In this document: piece after piece, positions 1 to 8,318 of the stretch
Numbering within the stretch: the stretch's first letter is position 1
Layout of the letters: each line of letters opens with the position of its first letter
Assembly: GCA_001761425.1 (NCBI GenBank)
Contig: CP012986.1
Span: 300,001-332,000, forward strand
Origin: Candidatus Saccharimonadota bacterium
Lineage (GTDB): Archaea; Nanohalarchaeota; Nanosalinia; Nanosalinales; Nanosalinaceae
Length of the DNA stretch: 32,000 nucleotides
Direction of reading: 5' to 3'
Made by a program: the position numbers and the translations under genes
The notes under the pieces: generated by a model
Databases searched by the model: none
What the model saw: only the letters and a program-made list of their open reading frames with translations
What the model was told of the DNA's origin: nothing

Positions 1-345
1 AGACCTGTAACATTTACAACAGAGCTTGACCAGGTCGCAGACCTGATAGGAACAAGCCCAGACCTCATAGAAGGAGATGGATACCTCGATGCAGAATGCG
101 CAGAGTTCCACGACCTTGAGCTAAACCAGACATACACCTACAGCCAGGAAACAATCACGGGAGAACACTCCGACCGAGTTAAAACTGTAGGATACGAAGA
201 ATACTGGGAAAGAGGCCAGCCACAGCCATACACCGAGGCCAACAGCTACGGAGAAAAAAACGAATCCGACGGAAGAATCCATCTTACGCCAGGCGATGAC
301 AACCGCCACGCAGAAATCATAATTATAAACCAGATAACAGGATAG
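1..345 (+). CDS. hypothetical acidic protein, C-terminal fragment (5' end lies outside the window)
   Basis: Frame 1 is open from base 1 to TAG at 343-345 (...TPGDDNRHAEIIIINQITG*). Composition is D/E-rich like neighbouring genes. It is absent from the ORF track because it has no in-window start. No family recognised. Confidence 0.45.
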   Translation, partial: RPVTFTTELDQVADLIGTSPDLIEGDGYLDAECAEFHDLELNQTYTYSQETITGEHSDRVKTVGYEEYWERGQPQPYTEANSYGEKNESDGRIHLTPGDDNRHAEIIIINQITG

Positions 346-364
346 ACAAAGGCCTTCCATTTAC

Positions 365-383
365 CTTTTTTCCTTTCTTTTTA
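365..383 (+). terminator. T-rich tract downstream of the truncated CDS (archaeal oligo-T terminator candidate)
   Basis: The sequence ccttttttcctttcttttt begins 20 nt after the stop at 345. Archaeal termination typically uses oligo-T runs. Confidence 0.35.
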
Positions 384-402
384 CTCGCAATTGAAGGAAA
401 AA

Positions 403-429
403 TGGCAGGGCAGGGATTTGAACTACCCG
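403..429 (-). other. degenerate copy of the 3' end of tRNA-Pro (T-loop plus acceptor-like sequence); not a functional tRNA
   Basis: tggcagggcagggatttgaact (403-424) matches the 3' end of the intact tRNA-Pro, tggcggggccgagatttgaact (467-488), at 19 of 22 positions. The T-stem cannot pair and there is no 5' half. Confidence 0.4.
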
Positions 430-466
430 AAAATCTCTGGAGATTTTCTAAAAAACGTATAAATCT

Positions 467-539
467 TGGCGGGGCCGAGATTTGAACTCGGGTCCGTACC
501 GCCCCGGGGTACGATGATAGTCCACTACACTACCCCGCC
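467..539 (-). tRNA. tRNA-Pro (anticodon GGG)
   Basis: The minus strand reads GGCGGGGTAGTGTAGTGGACTATCATCGTACCCCGGGGCGGTACGGACCCGAGTTCAAATCTCGGCCCCGCCA. It has a 7-bp acceptor stem, anticodon stem GTACC/GGTAC with loop CCGGGGC (G37), and T-arm CCGAG-TTCAAAT-CTCGG. CCA is not encoded. Confidence 0.85.
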
Positions 540-649
540 GAACTTAGATGATAAGTTCGAGCAATCGAAGCCATGCTATGCATCGCTTTCAGGAATACCC
601 TACAGACGAGGCCTTTGTCGTGAGAAATTTTAAATCTGAACTTGGGGGA

Positions 650-2545
650 TCAGTCCCTGATCTCGGATTTTCCCGGCGGTAAAGCTCTGATAATGTAGTC
701 CAGTTCGAGTTCCCTGTTTAAACGGGACTGAATTGTCTTCGCCAGATCCGACTTCTTTTCGTGTCCAGGCCTTAGAGATAGGTAGTTACCGCAGTGTTTC
801 TTCACTGCGGATTCAGGTCCGCACATCGGAACTTTGTGATCCTCTATCTCGTAGACTCCGATAGAGGCCTCGACTGACATATTTCTCATGTAGGTTCTGT
901 CCCCCCGGATTACGAAGGCGCCTTTCTGCAGGTACTCTCCTGACTCGGCCTCTTCGGTGACCTGTTCTGGGTCGACATAGTAGACGTCATCAGCGCCTAT
1001 GCCAGCCTTCCAGGTCTTTGCGAACGTGACAGCAGCCTTCGCAGCCTCCTCTCGCGTCGCCTCTCCACATTCCTGACCTTCCTTGACTACGACACTGGGC
1101 GCGCCGTCAAAGTCTGCGTGGAAGTAGAGATCGTTCTTCTCCATGTGTTTGTTGACCAGCATATCGTTGGTCTGAGCATCTCTACCGGCAAGAACCAGGT
1201 AGCCTTCGGAGGACTTGAACCAGCGGTATTTCTCGTACCATTCTTTTTCACGTTTCTCGGTCTTATCCTCCATCACTTCCTCAAGCTCTATATCCTCCTT
1301 CTTCAATTCCTCAAGCTCTTTTTCCGTCTCTTTCAAGGCCTCTTCGACTGAGTCAATCTTTGACTCGGAGTTCTTCGCCTTATCGTAGTACCGGGAAGCT
1401 ATAGCCTCCAGATCCTCGTCCAAAGTAAGTTTTATCTTCATCCCGTCAACTGAGACAGAGATAAACTCGTCCTGCTCATTCAGGGAATTAATGCGGTCCG
1501 TCATAGGCCTTTCTGACTCTTCAAGCATCTCCTCGGTCTCCTTCCAGCCGTGTTTCTCAACTCCTTTACTTGCTGCTTCCTGGATCTCCTCCAGAATCTG
1601 ATAGTTCTCATAGACCAGTTCGGCCTTTTCACGGTTCTGCTCCGCGGACTTTTTTAGGCCTTTCTTCTTCCGCTTCTGCTGTTCTAGTTTTCTTTCAATA
1701 CCTTCCTTTCTTTCTTTATAGGCCTTTTTCTTCTGTCTCTCCTCTTTCCTCTGCTCTTTTCTGTAGAAAAACTCGTCTAAGGCCTCTGAGAATTTTTCGA
1801 ATTCTTCGCTGTTGTATTTGTCGTAGGTCTGTAACGGGAACGGTGTCGCGCGCTCCATTCTTTCCCCGTCCTTGTAGAGGATTGGTTCTGGCTTGTCTGC
1901 TGATTCAAAGATTTTTCTGATCTCCTCTTCTGTCCTTTCTTTTTCTTCTCCGCTGAGACTTGAAATCTCCGTGTTTTTCTCGATCTCTGCCCGGGCGCAG
2001 ATTTCCTCTCCATACGTTCCTCCGAGGCTGAGGCCTGCTGCGATCTTTCGCACGATCTCTCCGTCTTCAAGGCCTTCGACAAATTTTTCCTGGCCTCTCG
2101 GGTCTTCGGTCGGCTCAGGATATCTGTATTTGTTTCCTACTCTGATCTCTCTGTCTGCCCATTCTTCCTCTCTCAGTGCTCCGATTATCTTGTCATCTTT
2201 CAGGAGAATAAAATTTCCTTTACCGAATATTTCACAGATCAAAGTATGTTCTCCGCTCTCTATCTCCAGTATGCGGTCAAATCCTTTCTGCCTAATACTG
2301 TCTACCCGTGAAAGATGCTTTCTGAGCTCCATGCAGAAACCCGGCGGCTTCATAGGATTGTCCCGCTTGTACTTTGAGATAAATGCGTGGTTCGTCCCGA
2401 TTATAAGCCGTTTCTTGCCTTCGCCGTGTACATAGATTTCCAGTGTTAGTTCCTGGCCTCTCTGGTAGACTTTCTGAATATGTCCTTCCTCAAGTTCCCT
2501 GAACTCGTCTTCCAGAATCGAGAGATCCAGGCTCGTAAGTTCCAT
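650..2545 (-). CDS. rqcH: NFACT-family ribosome quality control protein (RqcH/Tae2/FbpA-like, archaeal form)
   Basis: 631 aa. The N-terminus MELTSLDLSILEDEFRELEEGHIQKVYQ is typical of the NFACT-N domain. There is a central K/E coiled coil and a C-terminal NFACT-R (DUF814) motif: WFKSSEGYLVLAGRDAQTNDMLV...DLYFHADFDGAPSVVVK. Confidence 0.85.
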   Translation of the reverse strand: MELTSLDLSILEDEFRELEEGHIQKVYQRGQELTLEIYVHGEGKKRLIIGTNHAFISKYKRDNPMKPPGFCMELRKHLSRVDSIRQKGFDRILEIESGEHTLICEIFGKGNFILLKDDKIIGALREEEWADREIRVGNKYRYPEPTEDPRGQEKFVEGLEDGEIVRKIAAGLSLGGTYGEEICARAEIEKNTEISSLSGEEKERTEEEIRKIFESADKPEPILYKDGERMERATPFPLQTYDKYNSEEFEKFSEALDEFFYRKEQRKEERQKKKAYKERKEGIERKLEQQKRKKKGLKKSAEQNREKAELVYENYQILEEIQEAASKGVEKHGWKETEEMLEESERPMTDRINSLNEQDEFISVSVDGMKIKLTLDEDLEAIASRYYDKAKNSESKIDSVEEALKETEKELEELKKEDIELEEVMEDKTEKREKEWYEKYRWFKSSEGYLVLAGRDAQTNDMLVNKHMEKNDLYFHADFDGAPSVVVKEGQECGEATREEAAKAAVTFAKTWKAGIGADDVYYVDPEQVTEEAESGEYLQKGAFVIRGDRTYMRNMSVEASIGVYEIEDHKVPMCGPESAVKKHCGNYLSLRPGHEKKSDLAKTIQSRLNRELELDYIIRALPPGKSEIRD

Positions 2546-2736
2546 ACAAAGGCCTTGTGACGTGAAAAGTTAAAACCGGTGCCGGGGGTTCGGGATATTC
2601 GAACAGTTTCAACATGGAAGAGTTTATAATAAAGGCCTTCCAAAAAAGAATTACGCACGAGATATCTGGGGGAGAGGGAATTTTTACCCACAACATATAG
2701 TGGGTCTCCAAAATCATCTAGTCCCAGCTATACCCT

Positions 2737-2757
2737 GAAGGCCTGTTTCAGGCCTTC
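2737..2757. repeat. perfect 9-bp hairpin built from two AGGCCT copies (GAAGGCCTG-TTT-CAGGCCTTC)
   Basis: Read directly from the sequence. It lies in the divergent intergenic region between rqcH (-) and nrdA (+). Confidence 0.8.
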
Positions 2758-2782
2758 TCTGGTTTATCTGAGCTAGCCTCAG

Positions 2783-2790
2783 CTATATCT
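2783..2790 (+). promoter_or_regulatory. candidate TATA box for nrdA (leaderless or short-leader transcript)
   Basis: ctatatct is centred about 27 nt upstream of ATG 2813. The same spacing is seen upstream of dut, endA, the 18577 ORF and the initiator tRNA. Confidence 0.4.
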
Positions 2791-2812
2791 CTGTATAACG
2801 GTGTTATATAAG

Positions 2813-5185
2813 ATGTCAGAACAGAGGAATGTCAGCAAAAAATCGGGGCCTGAAAGCTCCAAAATCGCTCCAGAGAAAATTCTTGAAGAGGCCTATCAGG
2901 GTCTTGATCCAGAGATCGATAGGGAGGAACTGGTTTCCGAGGCGGGGAAGCAGCTTTATGCTTCTGCGTCTCTGGATGAGAAATTTGAGGCCTGTATCCA
3001 GGTGGCAACTTCTCATATAGATCGTGACCCTGAGATGAAGAAGGTAGCTGCCGATGTCTTTCTTCAGAGGTATTACCGGGAGGTGATGGGGGATTACAGT
3101 GAGGAAAGTTTCGAGGAGAAGTACAGAGCGAGCTTTGCGAAGAATATTCGGAGGATGGTTTCCGAGGAACTTCTGGATGAAAGGATGCTTGCCTATGATC
3201 TCGAACTCTTGGCCGGTAAACTAGTGCCGGAGCGTGATGAGCTTTTTGATTATATGGCACTGGATACCCTTTACCAGCGTTACTTCCTGAAAAAAGAAGA
3301 TGAAAGGCTGGAGTTGCCCCAGGTTTTCTGGATGCGCGTCGCTATGGGTGTGGCACTTCAGGAGCCTGTTGCGAACAGGCAGGAGAGAGCGACAGAGTTT
3401 TACGAGAAGCTCTCTCAATTGAAGTTTGTTCACTCAACGCCGACTCTTTTCCATGCCGGTACAACTCATCCACAGCTCTCTTCGTGTTATCTGACGACTG
3501 TGAAAGATGATCTGGAGCATATCTTCAAGTCCTACCAGGATCATGCACTGCTTTCGAAATGGAGTGGAGGCCTGGGAAACGACTGGACCAGTGTCAGAGC
3601 TGAGGGAGCGTGGATAAACTCGACCGGGGTCGAATCCACAGGAACAGTGCCGTTTCTTAAGATCTCTAACGATGTGACCCATGCGATTAACAGGAGCGGA
3701 AAGCGTAGAGGAGCTGCAGCTGCCTACCTTGAGGCCTGGCACCTGGATTTCGAGGATTTCCTGGATCTGAAACGCAACACAGGCGATGAACGCCGGAGAA
3801 CACATGATATGAACACGGCAGCCTGGGTGCCCGATCTTTTCATGAAGCGGGTTCAGGAAAACAAGGAATGGACTCTTTTCTCTCCAGATGAGGTACCGGA
3901 ACTTCACGATATCTACGGACAGGAGTTTGAGGAAAAGTACAGAGAGTACGAGGAGAAAGCGGAAAACGGCGAGCTTAGGCAGTACGAGAAAGTCGATGCG
4001 CAGGAGATGTGGCGTACCATGCTTACCAGACTCTTCGAAACAGGACATCCATGGATAACTTTCAAAGATCCATGTAACATCAGAAGCCCGCAGGATCACG
4101 CAGGAACAGTCCACTCCTCAAATCTGTGTACAGAGATCACGTTAAACACCAGCGAGGATGAAACCGCGGTATGTAATCTTGGCAGCGTTAATCTGGCGAA
4201 ACACGTCGATGAGGAAGGCCTCAAAGCTGATGAGCTGAAGGATACGGTTTCAACCGCGATTCGGATGCTGGACAACGTCGTAGACCTGTGTTTCTACCCA
4301 ACTGAGGAGGCGGAGAACTCGAATATGAAGCACAGGCCTATAGGCCTCGGAGTTATGGGTTTCCACGACGCATTGATCAGACAGGGTATTCCGATAGCTT
4401 CTGATAAGGCCCTGGAGTTTGCGGACATGTCTCAGGAGTTCATCTCCTACCATGCTATCATGAATTCTTCGAAGCTGGCGGAGGAGCGCGGAAGGTATGA
4501 ATCCTTTGAGGGAAGTAAGTGGGACCGCGATATTCTTCCCCAGGATTCTCTAGAGCTTCTGGAAGAAGAGCGAGGCCTTGAAACTCCTCTTCCAAAGGAA
4601 GAAAGCCTGGAATGGAGTCAGGTACGTCAGCATATCCAGGACAATGGTATGAGGAACTCTAACGTCATGGCTGTGGCCCCTACCGCGACTATCTCAACGA
4701 TCTCAGGTGTTTCTCCAAGCATCGAGCCTCGTTACAGCAATCTTTACGTCAAATCCAATATGAGCGGAGATTTCACGGTTATCAACGACTACCTGGTCAG
4801 TGATCTGAAGGATAAAGGCCTCTGGGATGAAAAAATGGTCGAAGAGATCAAGGCCCGGGACGGCTCGATCCAGGAGATCGGAAGGATTCCTGAGGAGATC
4901 AGGGAACTGCACAGAAGTGCTTTCGAGATAGATCCAAGGCATCAGATCAAGCTGACCGCTCACAGGATGCAGTGGATAGACCAGAGTGTTTCTCACAACG
5001 TATTCTTTCCTAGCACGGATGGAACAAAGCTTGACTCAGTCTACAGAACAGCGTGGAAATGGGGTCTGAAGACCACCTATTACCTGAGATCGCTCGGTGC
5101 TTCCCAGATAGAGAAATCAACTGTAGACATGGACAAGTACGGAAAGACCCAGAAGTCACGGGACGGAGGTGAGGCCGATGAGTGA
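2813..5185 (+). CDS. nrdA: ribonucleoside-diphosphate reductase, class I alpha (large) subunit
   Basis: Catalytic motifs are present: SSCYL, NLCTEITL, AVCNLGSVNL, PTATIS, KTTYYLRS. A class I beta subunit follows it. ATG 2813 (MSEQRN...) is preferred over the GTG at 2801 given in the ORF track. The protein ends without the usual C-terminal Cys pair (see findings). Confidence 0.9.
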   Translation: MSEQRNVSKKSGPESSKIAPEKILEEAYQGLDPEIDREELVSEAGKQLYASASLDEKFEACIQVATSHIDRDPEMKKVAADVFLQRYYREVMGDYSEESFEEKYRASFAKNIRRMVSEELLDERMLAYDLELLAGKLVPERDELFDYMALDTLYQRYFLKKEDERLELPQVFWMRVAMGVALQEPVANRQERATEFYEKLSQLKFVHSTPTLFHAGTTHPQLSSCYLTTVKDDLEHIFKSYQDHALLSKWSGGLGNDWTSVRAEGAWINSTGVESTGTVPFLKISNDVTHAINRSGKRRGAAAAYLEAWHLDFEDFLDLKRNTGDERRRTHDMNTAAWVPDLFMKRVQENKEWTLFSPDEVPELHDIYGQEFEEKYREYEEKAENGELRQYEKVDAQEMWRTMLTRLFETGHPWITFKDPCNIRSPQDHAGTVHSSNLCTEITLNTSEDETAVCNLGSVNLAKHVDEEGLKADELKDTVSTAIRMLDNVVDLCFYPTEEAENSNMKHRPIGLGVMGFHDALIRQGIPIASDKALEFADMSQEFISYHAIMNSSKLAEERGRYESFEGSKWDRDILPQDSLELLEEERGLETPLPKEESLEWSQVRQHIQDNGMRNSNVMAVAPTATISTISGVSPSIEPRYSNLYVKSNMSGDFTVINDYLVSDLKDKGLWDEKMVEEIKARDGSIQEIGRIPEEIRELHRSAFEIDPRHQIKLTAHRMQWIDQSVSHNVFFPSTDGTKLDSVYRTAWKWGLKTTYYLRSLGASQIEKSTVDMDKYGKTQKSRDGGEADE

Positions 5186-5330
5186 TTCAAGGCCTCGCCT
5201 GAACTGGAGTGATGAAAACCTCTCAGAGATTACAGAAGATGCAGAAACTGAAGACTCTAAGAAAGACGAAAAGGACTCGGAGGAAGGCCTCTGTAAAGTT
5301 GAGGATCCGACCTGTGAGGCCTGCCAGTAG
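5178..5330 (+). CDS. 50-aa acidic ORF ending in CKVEDPTCEACQ; probably the displaced C-terminal redox tail of NrdA
   Basis: ATG 5178 overlaps the nrdA stop (gATGAGTGA). My translation is MSDSRPRLNWSDENLSEITEDAETEDSKKDEKDSEEGLCKVEDPTCEACQ*. It is too short for the ORF track. The acidic stretch followed by a C-x6-C-x2-C end resembles class I R1 C-terminal tails. Confidence 0.45.
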   Translation: MSDSRPRLNWSDENLSEITEDAETEDSKKDEKDSEEGLCKVEDPTCEACQ

Positions 5331-5336
5331 AGACGA

Positions 5337-5342
5337 TTTTTT
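5337..5342 (+). terminator. T6 run after the nrdA / tail ORF
   Basis: gattttttatg begins 7 nt after the stop at 5330. Confidence 0.3.
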
Positions 5343-5499
5343 ATGAAAAATGAAAAACGTGATGTTTCAAAAGTTTACGAAGTTGAGGCAAGCAAGGCCT
5401 TAAAATCTCCTAGTTTCGAGTTTGATTTCCGGGGTGAGAGGCAGTGACTGCCGGAGATCAGATGTTTTCCTGGAGTCAGATTCTTGAGGTGGGTTCGGG

Positions 5500-6492
5500 A
5501 TGCCTGTGATTAACAGCGAGTCGAACCATGATCCCAATAAGATCCTGCCGATCGATTATGACTGGGCGAGGGATTATTACCAGCGTGGCGTTGCTAACAA
5601 CTGGACGCCCGAGGAGATTTCGATGCAGGACGATATCAGCCAGTGGAAAAGCGATGAACTGTCCGAGGCGGAGCGACAGCTGGTAGAATGGAATCTAGGT
5701 TTTTTCTCGACCGCTGAGTCTTTGACTGCGAACAATATTGTCCTGGCGATCTATGATTACGTTACTGCGCCGGAGTGCCGTCAGTACCTTCTGCGTCAGG
5801 CCTATGAGGAAGCGGTTCATACGGATACATTTATTTACTGCTGTGACTCGTTAGGTTTTGACCCTGAGTATATGTATGGGATGTATGACAGGATTCCGAG
5901 CATCAGGGAGAAGGATGAGTTTGTTGTGGATCTGACACAGGCGATAGATGATCCTGATTTCACCATGGAGACCGAGGAAGATATGCGGGATTTTGTCCGT
6001 GACCTGATTGGATTTTACGTGATTATGGAGGGTATTTTCTTCTACGCTGGCTTCGCCATGATGCTAGGCCTTAAGCGACAGGGTAAGATGAGTGGTATAG
6101 GCCAGCAGTTCGAGTATATCCTGAGAGATGAATCATTACATGTAGGTTTCGGTGTTGACCTGATCAACCAGATGAGAGCGGAGAGCGATTTCTGGACGGA
6201 GGAATTCGAGGAAGAGATCGTTAACCTGATGAAAGAAGCTGTTGAACTTGAGAAGATCTATGCAGAAGAGGCCTGCCCGGAGGAAGTTCTTGGAATGGGT
6301 CCTGACCAGTTCAAGGAGTACGTAGAGTACATTGCCGACAGAAGATTCGAGCAGTTGAACCTTGAAAGACAGTACGTCACTGAGAACCCTTTCCCATGGA
6401 TGACAGAACAGATAGACCTCAACAAGGAGAAAAACTTTTTCGAGACCAACGTCACAGAGTATCAGGAAGGAGGACAGCTTGACTGGGACTAG
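5500..6492 (+). CDS. nrdB: ribonucleoside-diphosphate reductase, class I beta (small, di-iron) subunit
   Basis: 330 aa. Ferritin-like iron-ligand motifs are present: YEEAVHTDTFIY and ILRDESLHVGFG. The C-terminal acidic tail ...EYQEGGQLDWD is typical of the R1-binding peptide. GAGGTG lies 9 nt upstream of the ATG. Confidence 0.9.
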   Translation: MPVINSESNHDPNKILPIDYDWARDYYQRGVANNWTPEEISMQDDISQWKSDELSEAERQLVEWNLGFFSTAESLTANNIVLAIYDYVTAPECRQYLLRQAYEEAVHTDTFIYCCDSLGFDPEYMYGMYDRIPSIREKDEFVVDLTQAIDDPDFTMETEEDMRDFVRDLIGFYVIMEGIFFYAGFAMMLGLKRQGKMSGIGQQFEYILRDESLHVGFGVDLINQMRAESDFWTEEFEEEIVNLMKEAVELEKIYAEEACPEEVLGMGPDQFKEYVEYIADRRFEQLNLERQYVTENPFPWMTEQIDLNKEKNFFETNVTEYQEGGQLDWD

Positions 6493-6495
6493 ACT

Positions 6496-7239
6496 CTACA
6501 GAACTCTGTTCTTGTCCGCGAAAGTAGGAGGCCCTTCCTCCTCATCCTCATCTTTTTTCTCTTCTTCCTGGACATGGTCCTGAGTCTCCTCGTGATCGAT
6601 CTCTTCCACATCAGAGAACTCGTCATCTCCATCTTCGTCTTTTGAGGCCTCAACTCCCTGTTTTTCAGCTTCTTCAAGGCCTTCATCCTGTTGAGATTCT
6701 TCGATCCTTTCTTCGTCCGCACCGATAACCTCTGTATCCAGGTCTTCTCCAAGATCTCTCTTGAACTCCTCCAGCGATTCGATGTCGAAATAATCCAGGA
6801 AAAAATCAGTCATTGAAAGGATCGCGGTACGTCCGTCTTTTTCTTTAGAGAGGAATCCACGGTTCACAAGTTCTTTGATATGCTGGTAAGCCCGGTTTCC
6901 CCTGATCTCGACAATATCAGTCTGTTCTACGGGCGCGTTGTAGGCAATTATGGAAAGAGTCCTTAACTGGCCCTTGTTCAGGTCCTGATGCGGTGCCAGG
7001 TGATCGACATGCTCCAGATGATCTTTTTTAACCTTCAGCTCGTAGCCCTGGTTGGTCTCGATCACTTCAAGGCCTCTGTCCTGGTCTTCAAGTTCCTCTG
7101 TAAATTCGTTGATCAGCATGTCGACGAATCCGATGCTTCCAAGATTCAAGACGTCAGCGATCTCGTCTTTGTCTATTGGTTCCTCCGCCAGGTAAAGCGC
7201 TGCTTCCAGTCGGGCCTTCTTTTCATCTTCCATAACCAT
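6496..7239 (-). CDS. scpB: segregation and condensation protein B (ScpB) with a long acidic C-terminal extension
   Basis: Two winged-helix ScpB signatures are present: LEAALYLAEEPIDKDEIADVL and LRTLSIIAYNAPVEQTDIVEIRGNRAYQHIKELVNRGFL...TDFFLDYFDIESLEE. The last ~70 aa are almost entirely D/E/K. Confidence 0.85.
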   Translation of the reverse strand: MVMEDEKKARLEAALYLAEEPIDKDEIADVLNLGSIGFVDMLINEFTEELEDQDRGLEVIETNQGYELKVKKDHLEHVDHLAPHQDLNKGQLRTLSIIAYNAPVEQTDIVEIRGNRAYQHIKELVNRGFLSKEKDGRTAILSMTDFFLDYFDIESLEEFKRDLGEDLDTEVIGADEERIEESQQDEGLEEAEKQGVEASKDEDGDDEFSDVEEIDHEETQDHVQEEEKKDEDEEEGPPTFADKNRVL

Positions 7240-7304
7240 GTATATGTATCCCGGTATTCAAAAGTCTGCCAACCTTTTTTACTCGATATCGCTAATAGGC
7301 CTTC

Positions 7305-8312
7305 ATGAATGATAGTCGTGTCCTCTTACTTCTGACCTTCTCGGTGCTGGTTATATCCTCTGGTTGTGCGGAGATCCTTCCTGGTTCAGAACAGAAAAGA
7401 ATAGTAGAGGAGGGAACGGCTCTAGAGTACGAATCTGGAAAACACAGTTTCAGTTTCCTGTTCTTCAACGGAACTGAGGATACGATCTATCTGAACTCTA
7501 CTCCTCTGTTGACACCAAGTTATTCCACCGAAACAAGGAAGATTTACAGGGAGAACTGGTCAGCAGCAGATGGTGAGGAGGTAGCAATTTTTCTATCAGG
7601 CCGGGTCAACCGTATGGATATCTCAGATTATCAGGATTCCAAATTACAGTCGGTTATGGAAGAAGGTGGAGAGGCCACTATCGGCGTCTCAGAAGGATCT
7701 AAAGTGAATCTAACCAGATCGGAGAGCTTCCGGAAAGACGGCTTTCAGGCCTATAACGTAACCCTTGAGAAAGAAGATGAAGGAAGAACTTTGACTGTTC
7801 ATGCCCGTAGCCCATATATTCTCATTGACTCCTATTTCTCAGAGTCAGGTATGTCTTTAGTAAATATAACTAGAACAGAATCCCCGGATGATTACAGTAC
7901 TAGTAATAATTATCCCCAGAGTACATGGGTAAAGCCGGAGCATGACACAGAGATAGATCTCGGTCCTGTCTATCTGAATGACAGTGGCTCGTCGGATGAG
8001 ATGCAGATAATGGTGAAAAACGAAGGTAATACCGGATTCAACACATCAGAATTCTCGATATATTATGAACTCCCTGGGTCCCAGACACTGTTGGAAAGAG
8101 AGAAGATAGATGAGGATTGGAAGGTGGAGAGATCGAATGACTGTCTGAAAGAGGACAAGTTCCTGGCGGTTGGAGAATATTTCGTTTGCAGCACAGGAGT
8201 CAGGCCCCCGGACTATGGTCAAGAACTTGAGATTAAGGTGGAGGCTGACAGCTTTGAATATGAAAAATCTAAAACCTGTGAACCAGAAACTTCAGATTCT
8301 CCGACATGCTGA
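7305..8312 (+). CDS. secreted putative lipoprotein, function unknown
   Basis: N-terminal signal peptide with a lipobox-like LVISSGC. Several N-x-S/T sequons. C-terminal Cys pair (KTCEPETSDSPTC). No recognisable family. Confidence 0.6.
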   Translation: MNDSRVLLLLTFSVLVISSGCAEILPGSEQKRIVEEGTALEYESGKHSFSFLFFNGTEDTIYLNSTPLLTPSYSTETRKIYRENWSAADGEEVAIFLSGRVNRMDISDYQDSKLQSVMEEGGEATIGVSEGSKVNLTRSESFRKDGFQAYNVTLEKEDEGRTLTVHARSPYILIDSYFSESGMSLVNITRTESPDDYSTSNNYPQSTWVKPEHDTEIDLGPVYLNDSGSSDEMQIMVKNEGNTGFNTSEFSIYYELPGSQTLLEREKIDEDWKVERSNDCLKEDKFLAVGEYFVCSTGVRPPDYGQELEIKVEADSFEYEKSKTCEPETSDSPTC

Positions 8313-8318
8313 ACGTTT

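Noticed and set aside
121-360. 79-aa minus-strand ORF in the track
   Set aside because: It is hydrophobic and Cys/Val-rich, unlike the acidic proteome. It lies antisense to a frame that is open from base 1 to 345 with plausible acidic composition.
1118-2435. Several plus-strand ORFs (1118..1351, 1570..1920, 1893..2435) and the minus-strand ORF 1777..2082, all inside rqcH
   Set aside because: They are antisense or off-frame shadows of a well-supported NFACT gene. Their Ser/Leu/Phe/Arg-rich composition is what reading a K/E-rich coiled-coil region in the wrong frame produces.
5207-5250. GTGATGA ... CTGA, resembling C and D boxes
   Set aside because: There are no C'/D' boxes or terminal stem. 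The spacing is wrong, and it lies inside the acidic tail ORF, where GAT/GAA codons generate such strings.
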